From: Desulfurococcales archaeon
GTDB lineage: Archaea; Thermoproteota; Thermoprotei_A; Sulfolobales; NBVN01
Direction of reading: 5' to 3'
Assembly: GCA_015521325.1 (NCBI GenBank)
Contig: WAOK01000002.1
Location: forward strand, 70,756 to 134,755
DNA: 64,000 bases
The notes under the pieces were generated by a model. The model was given only the letters and a program-made list of their open reading frames with translations, did not search any database and had not been told where the DNA came from. A program made the position numbers and the translations under genes. The first letter of the stretch is position 1. The number at the start of each line of letters is the position of its first letter. Below, piece by piece: positions 25,034-34,834 of the stretch.

Positions 25034-27229
25034 GTGGACGCCATGCTTAAACAATTACTAAGTATCGCCGTGATCCTAGTGGCCACAGTATCGCCATTCC
25101 TCGGCACCTCCCTCGTCACGGTTTCTCAGTCGCAGGGCCTTGAAGTGAGCACTGTATGCGGGTATGTTCTTGACCCGCTCGGTGACCCTATATATGGCGC
25201 GTTAGTCGAGGTAACTAACTCGACAGTTATCCTCTACAACGTGACAGCCTCGGACGGCTACTACTGCTTCCCCAACTTATCACCAGGAAACTATACGGTG
25301 ACGTTCAAGAAATATGGAATGGAAACAATCACCTACGACATTGAGGTCGTTGACAGCAGGATTGCTGTCCTCAACGACAATACAGGAAACATAACCAACG
25401 TGCTATCAAGTAAAGGGTACGTGGTCACTAACTACATACAACTGAATAACCTCCTAACCGATATAGGCAGATACAGAGCAATAATTCTTAACCGCTTCCA
25501 AAGCATACCATCAAACCAGCAACTCCTTCAACTTCTCGAAACAGCAAATACCAGCAGAAAACCCCTAATATTCCTCGACACCAACTCCAGCGTTGTGTTC
25601 TTCGGCGGTGCTAACACGCCGAGTAACTACGCCATTCACATACTGAATTACAAGAAGAGTGTTGTCGAGTCAGCAGGATTCCCTGCCCCCGACGGCATAA
25701 GCGAGGGAGCAACAGGGAAGGCGTTCGTCTATGTAAAGGTAACTAACACGAGCGATCCAGCCTTTACCAACATAACCTACGATTACCCCTTCGACAGCAA
25801 CTCATTCTACCTAGTCGATCAATCAGCAAGCAATAGGGCCTACTACGCCGGTTTCGGCTTCAGTGAGGCGAGCGTGCACTCACTGGCCGATCTTGTTGTG
25901 AACGGCACCGTCGTGGGCTCCTTCGCCGCCTACTGGCAAACGCCATCAGGGGTACGCTGGTACTTCATATCAGTCGGGCCATCCCCGCTCATAACTTACT
26001 CACCCGGAAGTGATGGCGTGTATGACCGCTCAGCGATCGACGTTCTCGTGAATGCCGTTGAGGCCGTTGCCCCAATACCTCACCCTCTAGGTAATGTAAC
26101 GATGCAGCCAGCTCCGGGCACCTACGTAGTCACCGCCACCGCAACCATTTCTTACGACTACTCCAGAGTCAAGGCGTACCTTAGATTAGAGAACGTGAGT
26201 GACTCAACAGCTGAATGGCTGACAACGCCAGACAAGCCAGCGAGGATGTGGTTACCGGAAGGATCTTATACACTAGTTGCGAGGAACCCCGTCTATGGCG
26301 AGGCATACGCCTCCTTCTCAGTTCCTTACTCCGACAGCGTCAGCGCCGTGTTTAACGGAAAAAGGATCGCCGTCATAGGTGACTGGAGAACTACCTTAAT
26401 CGATTTCCTTAACAGGAGCGTGGGCGAAGTCGTTGACGCATACGACGATATCGTGGAGTTCAATAGCAATGCCGACCCGACATCGTACTCCGCCGTCATA
26501 GTTAACGCGTGGTACAACCCCTACTCGGGGCAGGCGCCGAGCAACTACCTGAACCAAGTCGTCGCGTTAATGGATGCATCATACGATTACGGCTTCACAG
26601 TACTCTTCCTCGACACCTGGTTCATGCTCATAACGCCCAACGGAACCGTTATAGATGATGTAACAGGTGTGCAGGCCCTTTACAAGTTCCGAAACGACAT
26701 ACCCTACCAGTATGGCTATGCTGCACCAGCAGGCAGGAACCAAGACTACGAGGTAGGGGAGGTCTTCATCGTAATTAATTCCTCATCCCCTGTATTCAGT
26801 GGTATCGGGGACGTCGGCGATAAGGTATATGTTAACACTGATCAGGACAGGCAAGACTTCGCGTGGGTGGGCAACATCAACGCCGGGAGTAAGGTGGCGG
26901 GGACCCAGTACCTAGCCATAGTAGGTGCTGACAACCTACCGAACGATAACGTGAGGTGGGGCGTGGTCGAGATCGACCTGAATAACGTTAAAGAGACGAA
27001 GTGGTTCTACATAACGTTCGCCGCAGACATGTGGCCTGGAGAGGACTACAGCGACAATGGCGCCTACACCGATGCAGCAAAGAAGCTCATCCTAAACGCC
27101 CTAGCTGTCGGCATGGGTAACGAAGTCCCGCCACCACCGATTCCCGAGCCGTGGGCGTTGTCCGTTATAGTGGTACTGATAACTTTCGTAGTGTACTACA
27201 TCAAAACCATCCGAGACCGACAGCCTTAG
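25034..27229 (+). CDS. Large secreted, C-terminally anchored surface glycoprotein with N-terminal carboxypeptidase-regulatory-like (Ig-like) domain
   Basis: 731 aa. Signal peptide; GYVLDPLGDPIYGALVEV...SDGYYCFPNLSPGNYTVTF (CarboxypepD_reg-like); many N-x-S/T sequons; PPPPIPEP stalk and terminal TM. Confidence 0.45.
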   Translation: MDAMLKQLLSIAVILVATVSPFLGTSLVTVSQSQGLEVSTVCGYVLDPLGDPIYGALVEVTNSTVILYNVTASDGYYCFPNLSPGNYTVTFKKYGMETITYDIEVVDSRIAVLNDNTGNITNVLSSKGYVVTNYIQLNNLLTDIGRYRAIILNRFQSIPSNQQLLQLLETANTSRKPLIFLDTNSSVVFFGGANTPSNYAIHILNYKKSVVESAGFPAPDGISEGATGKAFVYVKVTNTSDPAFTNITYDYPFDSNSFYLVDQSASNRAYYAGFGFSEASVHSLADLVVNGTVVGSFAAYWQTPSGVRWYFISVGPSPLITYSPGSDGVYDRSAIDVLVNAVEAVAPIPHPLGNVTMQPAPGTYVVTATATISYDYSRVKAYLRLENVSDSTAEWLTTPDKPARMWLPEGSYTLVARNPVYGEAYASFSVPYSDSVSAVFNGKRIAVIGDWRTTLIDFLNRSVGEVVDAYDDIVEFNSNADPTSYSAVIVNAWYNPYSGQAPSNYLNQVVALMDASYDYGFTVLFLDTWFMLITPNGTVIDDVTGVQALYKFRNDIPYQYGYAAPAGRNQDYEVGEVFIVINSSSPVFSGIGDVGDKVYVNTDQDRQDFAWVGNINAGSKVAGTQYLAIVGADNLPNDNVRWGVVEIDLNNVKETKWFYITFAADMWPGEDYSDNGAYTDAAKKLILNALAVGMGNEVPPPPIPEPWALSVIVVLITFVVYYIKTIRDRQP

Positions 27230-28583
27230 CCAGCTTTTTCTTGTACCTCTCCTCGAAGAACTTCAGCGCCTGCTCTGGGAATAGGGCGTAAGTGATGTAG
27301 TCCTCATCCTTCTCTACGTAGACCTTGCTCAGCTCCCTCCTAGCATCCTCCAGAGTCTTTGCCCCCATCGCCTCCTTAGGAGCGTTCCTAGCCATTTCCT
27401 CAGCCCTCCTCTTAAGCTCCTCGTTAACCGGGGCAGGCGGTCTCCCATACTTGCCTAGTAGGTAGTTGACGGTCTCGTTCAGGAGGATCTTGTACCTACC
27501 GCTCAGCACATTGACTACTGCCTGAGAGCCAACGATCTGGGACATCGGCGTGACGAGCGGAGGCCACCCCAGGTCTTTCCTCACCCTCTGAACCTCCTCC
27601 AGTACCTCCTCTAGCTTGTCCTCAGCCTTCAGATCTCTTAGCTGGGCTAGGAGGTTACTTATCATGCCGCCCGGTATCTGGTGGTTAAGGACGTTGATGT
27701 CGACTACCTTGCCTCTCTTGCTGTAGTCGTATTTACTGTACTTCGCCTTTATACCCTCGAGAACTTTCGATGCCCTATAGAGCACCTTCTCATTTATTTC
27801 CGGATCCAGGCCTAGGGATCTTAGGGCCTCGACCATCGGCTCTGCTGCCGGGTGGGAGCTGAAGTGGGAGAGGGGTGAGAGAACCACGTCGAGGAGGTCA
27901 GCCCCTGCCTCAGCCGCTTTTATGAGTGTCATGGGAGCCATACCTGAGGTTGCGTGTGAGTGGACGTTGACCTTCACGCCCTGCTTCTTTATCATCTTGA
28001 CGAGCTCGACCGCCATGCCGGGGGTCAGTATCCCGGCCATGTCTTTGATTGTTATGAAGTCGGGCTCGAAGAGGGAGACGAACTCCTCGACGGTCTTCTC
28101 GTAGTATTCGATGGTGTGGACGGGGGATATGCTGTAGACTATGGCTATCTGGAGGAGTGCGCCGGAGTTCCTCACTGCCTTGGAGAGTGACTTAATCACC
28201 TTGATCGGGTAGACGAGGTTGTTAGGGTCGTTGAGGGCGTCGAACACCCTGAATATGTCTATTCCGTTCTCGTAGGCCTTCTCTATGAAGGCCGTGATGA
28301 CGTCCTCCGGGTAGTGCCTGTAGCCCACGAGGTTCTTGCCCCTCAGAAGCATCATGAGCTTGGTCTTAGTTACTACCTCCCTAATCGCCCTGAGCCTATC
28401 CCACGGGTCCTCTTTGAGGTAGCGCAGGGGTGCGTCGAAGGTCGCCCCTCCCCAGACCTCCATTGCGTAGTATCCTGCGTTATCAAGAATCGAAACAATC
28501 TTTATTATGTCACCCGTCCTCATCCTCGTCGCTAGGAGGGATTGCTGGCCGTCTCTCACCGTGAGGTCGTTAAGCATTAGCAT
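27201..28583 (-). CDS. Pyruvate/oxaloacetate carboxyltransferase (pyruvate carboxylase subunit B / oxaloacetate decarboxylase alpha-like) without a biotinyl domain
   Basis: 460 aa. LTVRDGQQSLLATRMRT and the HSHATSG metal site. The length is too short for a C-terminal biotin carrier domain. Confidence 0.8.
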   Translation of the reverse strand: MLMLNDLTVRDGQQSLLATRMRTGDIIKIVSILDNAGYYAMEVWGGATFDAPLRYLKEDPWDRLRAIREVVTKTKLMMLLRGKNLVGYRHYPEDVITAFIEKAYENGIDIFRVFDALNDPNNLVYPIKVIKSLSKAVRNSGALLQIAIVYSISPVHTIEYYEKTVEEFVSLFEPDFITIKDMAGILTPGMAVELVKMIKKQGVKVNVHSHATSGMAPMTLIKAAEAGADLLDVVLSPLSHFSSHPAAEPMVEALRSLGLDPEINEKVLYRASKVLEGIKAKYSKYDYSKRGKVVDINVLNHQIPGGMISNLLAQLRDLKAEDKLEEVLEEVQRVRKDLGWPPLVTPMSQIVGSQAVVNVLSGRYKILLNETVNYLLGKYGRPPAPVNEELKRRAEEMARNAPKEAMGAKTLEDARRELSKVYVEKDEDYITYALFPEQALKFFEERYKKKLAKAVGLGWF

Positions 28584-28650
28584 TACCTCACCTTAGACAA
28601 TTGTCTTGGAGGGCGTAATATAGGTTAGTACCGATCCTTAACATCCAAGA

Positions 28651-29211
28651 TCACTCCCCACCCGCACCAAGGAATCTCTCAGGCCCTATCAATTTGACTA
28701 GCAAGAGGGATAAGAGGGTCTTCTGATCCGCAGGGTCCTCGCTTAACACGGTAGTTATTGCTTCGTCGAGGTTCATCCTAACGACGTCTATCAGCTCGCC
28801 CGGCTCCCTCCTCGGCTCATCCTCCCCTACGACCTCGGCGACAGCTATGTATAGGCGCTCGCTGCTATACCCCGGACACGGCACTGTCCTTATGAGTACC
28901 TCAACCCTCCCAGCAATAAGCCCCGTCTCCTCCAAGAGCTCTCTTCTAGCAGTCTCCTCTGGTGACTCGCCCTCATCAATAACCCCAGCAGGGACCTCAA
29001 GAATCCACCCTACCGGCGCCCTGAACTGCCTAATTAAGGCGACTGAGCCATCCCTGAAGAGAGGTACTACCACTACCGCCTCACCGAACTCAACAATGTC
29101 TCTAACGAACTCTGTTCCGTCAGACCGGTATATTCTTTGCTTAAGAATTACCCTCCTACCGGAGCAGAGCACTCGCTCGCTCACAAGCTCCGGATTACTC
29201 ACGCCTAACAC
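28651..29211 (-). CDS. NUDIX hydrolase (ADP-ribose pyrophosphatase-like)
   Basis: 186 aa. Nudix box GVIDEGESPEETARRELLEETG. Confidence 0.8.
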   Translation of the reverse strand: MLGVSNPELVSERVLCSGRRVILKQRIYRSDGTEFVRDIVEFGEAVVVVPLFRDGSVALIRQFRAPVGWILEVPAGVIDEGESPEETARRELLEETGLIAGRVEVLIRTVPCPGYSSERLYIAVAEVVGEDEPRREPGELIDVVRMNLDEAITTVLSEDPADQKTLLSLLLVKLIGPERFLGAGGE

Positions 29212-30130
29212 CCGCTCCTCTCACGAGTACGGCTAATGCACATATTAATAATAGGGCCTCGGCCACCGACGCAACAACCCATCCGTTGCCTAGGGTGGCT
29301 AGAGGTATATCCGACGGCCTATCCAGTACAGGTGAAACCGGTGACGGGATGAGCGATACTTTCACAGGAGTAGGCAGAATGGCTCCATCAGGCCTGGTCA
29401 GCCCCTCCCTACTCGGCCTACTGGCGAGATCGTCGGAGATGTTTGGAACCGATGCCCTCCCCCTTGGGTCAGAAATATACCCTCCCCTCTTGATATCGGG
29501 CTTCGCCCACACCCTACCCGATACCACGTACAACCCCGCCTCAGTAGCATTCCCGAAGAGATTCCTCGGGAAACCAACGACCAGCACACCGTTCAGCGCA
29601 TCATAGTAGGCCCACCCCCTCCCGACACCCCTAGGCGTGTAATCCCAGTCAACGATCGTTAGGGGCCCCGACGCTGAGACCGCTGCAGTCACATTTCCTG
29701 TTAAGTTCCCCGTGAGTTCAGGTGATGCACCATTGAAGAACGCCGCTACATCCCATTTTACCTCAGGCAGGGTCACCACGTCGGAGTAGTATGGGATATC
29801 GGGGCTACCGCCCTGAACTAGATCAAACGCTATGGTGAACCCAACGGCGCCGTCCTTCCCTAGGAGCGGGTAGTGCAAAAGATAGCCACCCCTAATATCG
29901 GCCCCGTACCACATGCCCGATGTGATCACTGTCACATACACGTAGTCACTGGACGTGCAAACATACACCGCCGCTATGTCAGTGCCTGGATCCTGCCCGG
30001 GTGAGAGGTACGTTAATTCGTCACCAACGATATCGTTTAGACTTTCACAACCAACAGGTGCGTACGCAGTTATTGGGAGCACCGACGATAACGCGGCCGC
30101 TAGGGCAAGTGCTAGCAACATGCGGCGCAA
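29195..30130 (-). CDS. Secreted, C-terminally anchored protein (unknown function)
   Basis: 311 aa. Signal peptide MRRMLLALALAAALSSV, C-terminal TM. 17-nt overlap with the NUDIX gene. Confidence 0.35.
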   Translation of the reverse strand: MRRMLLALALAAALSSVLPITAYAPVGCESLNDIVGDELTYLSPGQDPGTDIAAVYVCTSSDYVYVTVITSGMWYGADIRGGYLLHYPLLGKDGAVGFTIAFDLVQGGSPDIPYYSDVVTLPEVKWDVAAFFNGASPELTGNLTGNVTAAVSASGPLTIVDWDYTPRGVGRGWAYYDALNGVLVVGFPRNLFGNATEAGLYVVSGRVWAKPDIKRGGYISDPRGRASVPNISDDLASRPSREGLTRPDGAILPTPVKVSLIPSPVSPVLDRPSDIPLATLGNGWVVASVAEALLLICALAVLVRGAGVRRE

Positions 30131-30247
30131 GGAACCACCACCGTCAACTACGGTTAGGGAAAATAGGTGTTCTTTGATTACCCAGTTATGAATGTATTGA
30201 TAACTAATTTAAGGCCTCCACACCACTCCTCTCTCCGGGGCCTAGGT

Positions 30248-31354
30248 ATGAGGAGGGAGTACGTGATAGTTCTGACAGTCATAGCAGTAATAGTGATTGG
30301 CGTAGTTGGTTACCTAGTCCTCAGTGGCTACCCACCACTCGCCGGGGGATCCGCCAGCGAGAACGTCGTCGTAGTCTATACTTACGAATCCCTCCTGGCA
30401 TGGGGACCCGATCCGGACTCTGTCTACAAGAAGGTGTTCGATGGCTTCACTAACGCCACCGGGATAAAGGTGGAGATCAGGAAGTTCAGTGATGCTGGCG
30501 AGATGCTTTCCGAGGTGATCAGGCAGGTGAAGGAGGGTAAGGTAGAGGCCGATGTGGTGATAGGTATCGATAACATACAGATAATCAAGGCGAAAGAGGA
30601 GGGGGTCCTAGAGCCCTTCACACCCAGCAACATAGGGGAGATATATGAGTGGCTAATACAGGACTACGATCCAGAGCACTACGCCATACCCTATGACTAC
30701 GGCGTCATAGCGTTCGTGTACGACACCAGCTACATCAGCCCCGACCAGATGAGCAACTTAACGTTCGAGTCATTCTACGGTGACCTAGGCAAAACACTCG
30801 TGGTGGAGGATCCGAGGACCAGCAGCACTGGGCTGGCGTTCCTCCTGTACCAGATAGGTGTGTACGAGAAGTACCTCGGCAAGGACTGGACACAGTGGTG
30901 GAGAGATGTCAAGCCTAAGGTGGTCAAGTCGTGGGGTGATGCCTACGACCTCTTCCTTAACGAGCAGTACCACATAGTCGTCAGCTACGGCACTGACCCA
31001 GCATACTCTTACTTCTTCTACAACTCAACAAGGTACGGCGCGGCGTTAGCGACCTATAACGGCAAGCCACTCGCTTGGCTACAGATAGAGGGCATAGGCA
31101 TAGTGAAGGGCGCCCCGCACAGAAAGGCCGCGGAAAAGTTTGTCGAGTGGTTCCTCAGCAAGAATGTGCAGGAGGAGATACCGCTGAATAACTGGATGTA
31201 CCCAGCTAACAAAAACGTTGAGCTACCGGAGGCATACAAGTACGCCATAAACCCGCTCGACGTTGAGCTAGTGAATAATAGGTTAACACAAGAAGAAATA
31301 GCGGCAAACCTAGATAACTGGATAAATGAGTGGCTCAGCGCCGTGAGCGGGTGA
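30248..31354 (+). CDS. ABC importer substrate-binding protein (SBP family 1; thiamine/Fe3+-type)
   Basis: The ORF track starts at 30167. I prefer the ATG at 30248 (MRREYVIVLTVIAVIVIG..., an N-terminal anchor). It is followed by a double-domain permease and an ATPase. Confidence 0.65.
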   Translation: MRREYVIVLTVIAVIVIGVVGYLVLSGYPPLAGGSASENVVVVYTYESLLAWGPDPDSVYKKVFDGFTNATGIKVEIRKFSDAGEMLSEVIRQVKEGKVEADVVIGIDNIQIIKAKEEGVLEPFTPSNIGEIYEWLIQDYDPEHYAIPYDYGVIAFVYDTSYISPDQMSNLTFESFYGDLGKTLVVEDPRTSSTGLAFLLYQIGVYEKYLGKDWTQWWRDVKPKVVKSWGDAYDLFLNEQYHIVVSYGTDPAYSYFFYNSTRYGAALATYNGKPLAWLQIEGIGIVKGAPHRKAAEKFVEWFLSKNVQEEIPLNNWMYPANKNVELPEAYKYAINPLDVELVNNRLTQEEIAANLDNWINEWLSAVSG

Positions 31355-31361
31355 ATAGATT

Positions 31362-32936
31362 GTGCGGGTACGTGTCCTCGACGCCGGCTCCGCGATCGCT
31401 TTTTTGCTCTTAATTACACTCATTTATGCGCCAGCTATCTCGGGCCTCGCACCCGGCCTGTCAGTTGCTGAATTAGGCAAGGTTCTTTCCCAGGACTTCA
31501 TTAGGAGGGCGTTCATCTTCAGCCTTACCCAGGCAAGTATCAGTGCGGCACTAGCCACAGCGATCGGTGGAATAGCTGCTATCGCATTGACTACGATCTC
31601 GAGCAAGGCTGCGTCCATCATAAGGGCCTTAGCGCTTCTCTCATTCATGGCCCCACCGATGATAGTTGTTTCTGGCTTCACCGCCCTATACGGTAGGGGC
31701 GGTATCCTCTCGTTAGCTATACCTCCCCTAAGGGCCCTGGGTGAGGGGTTCGGCGGTGTTGTAGCTGCGCACGTATTCTATAATATACCGCTGGCGATGA
31801 ACCTCGTGTACTCGACGTTAGTTGCTGTTCCGAGCGAGTTAGTGGATGCTGTGAGAATATATTCTGGGGGCAGGCTCTGGCCCGTCATTAAGAGGGTTGT
31901 CATACCCTACGCTTCACCAGCGCTGATAGCCTCGTACGCCCTCACGTTTATATACTGCTTCGCTAGCTTCGCCGTACCCTTGACCCTAGGAGGACCCGCG
32001 TATTCTACCCTCGAGGTCTACATATACTATTTCTATAGAATGCTCTTCGACTACGGAGCAGCCGCAGCCACAGCTACTGTGCAACTGGCTGTATTAGCCG
32101 CGGCCACAGTCCTCTTCACACTCGCTTACACCAGGCTCCCACCGCCCCCCATCGGGAGAAGAGCAGTAGCTGTTCTCCCCGGAAGAAGATACGTCAAGGC
32201 CGCCTCAGTCGCTGTCCTTATTGCTGTGGCGGCCTACCTCACCCTACCGTTGATGTCCGTCATCATCAAGTCTTTTCTGGAGCCGGGAAACGGGTTCACG
32301 CTAAGAGGTTACGAGAGAGTGTTCTCACCATTATTTGATCAGGCAATCGGGACAAGCGGATTAAGAGTTATCGGTAACACCCTTTACTTCGCCATGATGA
32401 CAGCCTTAGTCGCCCTAACTATCGGCTCCTTCCTTGCCTTCACTGGCGGCGCCGTTGCAGACGCGCTGCTCACAACGCTACTGGCGATAAGCCCGCTCAC
32501 ACTGGCGATGGGGCTACTCAATATATACGGAGGGCTCCTTCCAGCGCCGGTCCTTATAATCTTTGCCCACACCATAGCCGCTCTGCCGCTTGTTATTAAG
32601 TCCCTGAGGCTGGGGTTCCTGCGCGTTGGTAGAGAGATCGCCGATGCTGCTAGGGTACTAGGTGCTAGGGGTCTGCTTTATTTCTTGAGGATCGTTGCCC
32701 CGCTCTCGAGGAGTTCCTACTTCGTTGCTGCCGCCCTCGCTATTGTAGTGAGTCTGGGAGAGTTCGGTGCCACATACCTCATAGCTAGGCCTGAGTTCTA
32801 CACCCTAGGCATAGTTATCTACTCATTCCGTGGGGTGAGGGACTGGCCCGCGTCGTACGCCGCATCCACAGTTCTCCTCGCGATGAGCGCTTCCTTACTC
32901 CTTCTACTCTCGAGGAGGCTTGAGAGGTGGATGTGA
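31362..32936 (+). CDS. ABC importer permease, duplicated (ThiP/FbpB-type, 12 TM)
   Basis: 524 aa, two BPD_transp_1-like halves. Confidence 0.75.
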   Translation: MRVRVLDAGSAIAFLLLITLIYAPAISGLAPGLSVAELGKVLSQDFIRRAFIFSLTQASISAALATAIGGIAAIALTTISSKAASIIRALALLSFMAPPMIVVSGFTALYGRGGILSLAIPPLRALGEGFGGVVAAHVFYNIPLAMNLVYSTLVAVPSELVDAVRIYSGGRLWPVIKRVVIPYASPALIASYALTFIYCFASFAVPLTLGGPAYSTLEVYIYYFYRMLFDYGAAAATATVQLAVLAAATVLFTLAYTRLPPPPIGRRAVAVLPGRRYVKAASVAVLIAVAAYLTLPLMSVIIKSFLEPGNGFTLRGYERVFSPLFDQAIGTSGLRVIGNTLYFAMMTALVALTIGSFLAFTGGAVADALLTTLLAISPLTLAMGLLNIYGGLLPAPVLIIFAHTIAALPLVIKSLRLGFLRVGREIADAARVLGARGLLYFLRIVAPLSRSSYFVAAALAIVVSLGEFGATYLIARPEFYTLGIVIYSFRGVRDWPASYAASTVLLAMSASLLLLLSRRLERWM

Positions 32937-33913
32937 TGGGCCACGAAGTCGAGCTTGCGAACGTTACTAAGCGGTTTGGTGGGTTCACGGCATTGAGGAA
33001 CATTAGCCTCAGAGTGCCTGCTTCCTCCCTAACTGTCGTGCTCGGTCCCTCAGGTGCGGGTAAAACTACCTTACTCCGGATTATTGCGGGTCTCGAGAGA
33101 CCGGATGAGGGTAGGGTCCTTATAGATGGTGTCGACGTAACCGACAAACCTCCATGGGTGAGGGGTGCCGTCATGGTATTTCAGCGCCCAGCCCTCTTTC
33201 CTCACATGACCGCGGCAGAGAACATAGCGTTCGGGCTCGAGGCGATGGGGGTGGGCAGGGATGAGGCGGTGGCGCGTGTCCGGGAAGTGGCTGACCTGTT
33301 AAGGATCAGGCACTTGCTGAGTAAGTTACCTGATGAGCTATCAGGTGGTGAAGCGCAGAGGGTTGCCCTTGCGAGGGCGTTGGTGCTTGAGCCGAGGATA
33401 CTCCTCCTGGATGAGCCGCTCAGTAACCTCGACCTGTCTCTGCGTGAGGAGCTGAGGGCAGAGATACGGAGGATACAGAGAGAGCTGAAGATGACGATGC
33501 TCTACGTAACGCACGACCAAGATGAGGCACTTGAGCTCGCTGATTACCTAGCCATAATCTATGGCGGCGAGCTCGTGGAGTGGGGTGATACGGTAAGTGT
33601 CTACGAGTCGCCCTCCTCAGTCCGGGCTGCAAGGGTACTCGGCCACAACATATTGAGTCCTGACAGCGCCAGGAAAATCGGCATAAGCGCTGACGCCGCC
33701 ATAGCCGTTCCACCCCATAGGGTCGTCCTCGTTGATGGTGATAAATGTCTGGTCACAAGGGTCGCCAGGAGGAGAAATTATGGCATTGTAGAGGTTATGT
33801 GCAGCGATACTCAACTGAGGGCCGCGGTAGGGTACGATGTGATGGATTCTGTAGAAGTTGGTGACCGTGTCGGGGTTGAGGTGAGGGGGTACTCTGTGCT
33901 TAAGAGGCCTTAG
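32927..33913 (+). CDS. ABC importer ATP-binding protein with C-terminal regulatory (TOBE-like) domain
   Basis: 328 aa. Walker A GPSGAGKTT, signature LSGGEAQRV, Walker B LLLDEPLSNLD. Confidence 0.85.
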   Translation: MDVMGHEVELANVTKRFGGFTALRNISLRVPASSLTVVLGPSGAGKTTLLRIIAGLERPDEGRVLIDGVDVTDKPPWVRGAVMVFQRPALFPHMTAAENIAFGLEAMGVGRDEAVARVREVADLLRIRHLLSKLPDELSGGEAQRVALARALVLEPRILLLDEPLSNLDLSLREELRAEIRRIQRELKMTMLYVTHDQDEALELADYLAIIYGGELVEWGDTVSVYESPSSVRAARVLGHNILSPDSARKIGISADAAIAVPPHRVVLVDGDKCLVTRVARRRNYGIVEVMCSDTQLRAAVGYDVMDSVEVGDRVGVEVRGYSVLKRP

Positions 33914-34671
33914 ATGACCTCAGGCCTGTGCTCCTTGCCCTCCCTCTCGATTTTCTCCGTTACGTACTCCCCTATCATCTTGGCCATGCTCCTTATGTTC
34001 TCCTCAACCTCCTCTGCCCTTTTCAGCATTGGCTCGAAGTCTGCCTCTATTCCTAGGTAAGCGGCTAGGGTCTTAGCGACTACGTAAGCCCCGCGGTAGT
34101 CGATTGCGTTGAGGTCAACGAACATCGACCACGACTCACCGAGTATGGTCGCGCCCGGTATGCCGAAGTACTCCGCCCAACCTATGATGGAGCCGTTTAT
34201 GCCGCTTATGACGCCCTCCTCTATCGGTTCGGCCCCCAGCCTCTTGAACTCATCGATGATCCCGTCCTCGTTCCCGGCAACGAACACCCTCCGCCTCGTC
34301 GAGACCTCTGGCATGACGAAGGCAGCGCCCGCTACCACGGCCCTGATCCCTTTCTTAACGAGGTACTTGAGTACTTCGAAAGCGACCTCGTTCTGGCCCT
34401 CGGCTGAGTGCGGCTGGGTGTCGGCTATGAAGAAAACTGCTTTATCACTCTCGTAGAGGTCACCCTTCATTAGCCTGACCCGCCCGTTCCTCCCAACGAG
34501 GACCTGAGAGGGGAAGTATGTGGAGTAGACGTGCGCTACTAGCTCAGCTCCCGAAGCATTCATTACTTCCTCTACCGCGGTCTGACCGACCCTGCCCATG
34601 CCGGGCATGCCGACGACGAGAACCTTACCATCCGCTTCAAAGGGTCTGTGTTCCCTTATCAAGGTCACCAT
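33910..34671 (-). CDS. PAC2 (proteasome assembly chaperone 2)-family protein
   Basis: 253 aa. VLVVGMPGMGRVGQ near the N-terminus is typical of archaeal PAC2/COG1938 proteins. Confidence 0.65.
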   Translation of the reverse strand: MVTLIREHRPFEADGKVLVVGMPGMGRVGQTAVEEVMNASGAELVAHVYSTYFPSQVLVGRNGRVRLMKGDLYESDKAVFFIADTQPHSAEGQNEVAFEVLKYLVKKGIRAVVAGAAFVMPEVSTRRRVFVAGNEDGIIDEFKRLGAEPIEEGVISGINGSIIGWAEYFGIPGATILGESWSMFVDLNAIDYRGAYVVAKTLAAYLGIEADFEPMLKRAEEVEENIRSMAKMIGEYVTEKIEREGKEHRPEVI

Positions 34672-34715
34672 GCCGACCGCACCGCCATAGGGAATTGGGC
34701 ACTGAAACTAATAAG

Positions 34716-34834
34716 TGGGGCAGAGAGGACTTTCTTTGGTGGAACCCGCAGACACCCCCGGGAGGGGAGAATGAAGCGGGGAGCCGGCGGGGTCTTGCAT
34801 CCCTCCTTTCCCTCTCTGTCAGCCACCAAAGGCT
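34716..34834. other. GC-rich intergenic element with multiple, partly crossing, complementary segments (candidate structured RNA / 3'-UTR element)
   Basis: CAGAGAGG 34721-34728 pairs with CCTCTCTG 34811-34818. CTTTGGTGG 34734-34742 pairs with CCACCAAAG 34823-34831. GGAGGG 34761-34766 pairs with CCCTCC 34801-34806. Four G-runs lie in 34760-34792. Strand and transcript are unknown. Confidence 0.35.

Noticed and set aside
30131-30247. Possible TPP riboswitch upstream of the thiamine/iron-type ABC importer
   Set aside because: No CUGAGA / ACCUGAUCUGGAUAAUGCCAGCG-like conserved cores are present, and the region is short and unstructured. The substrate assignment itself is uncertain.
30167-30247. 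Upstream 27 codons of the SBP ORF, and similarly 50664-50738 for the AMP phosphorylase ORF
   Set aside because: The extensions contain promoter-like AT-rich DNA and non-protein-like sequence. Internal ATGs give N-termini (a membrane anchor and MPAYSVKVID respectively) that match expectations.
34672-34818. tRNA, H/ACA or C/D identity for the GC-rich pyrE-like/PAC2 spacer
   Set aside because: There is no GTTCRANYC T-loop, no acceptor-stem symmetry, no ACA box after the closing helix, and no RUGAUGA/CUGA pairs. It is kept only as an unclassified structured element.
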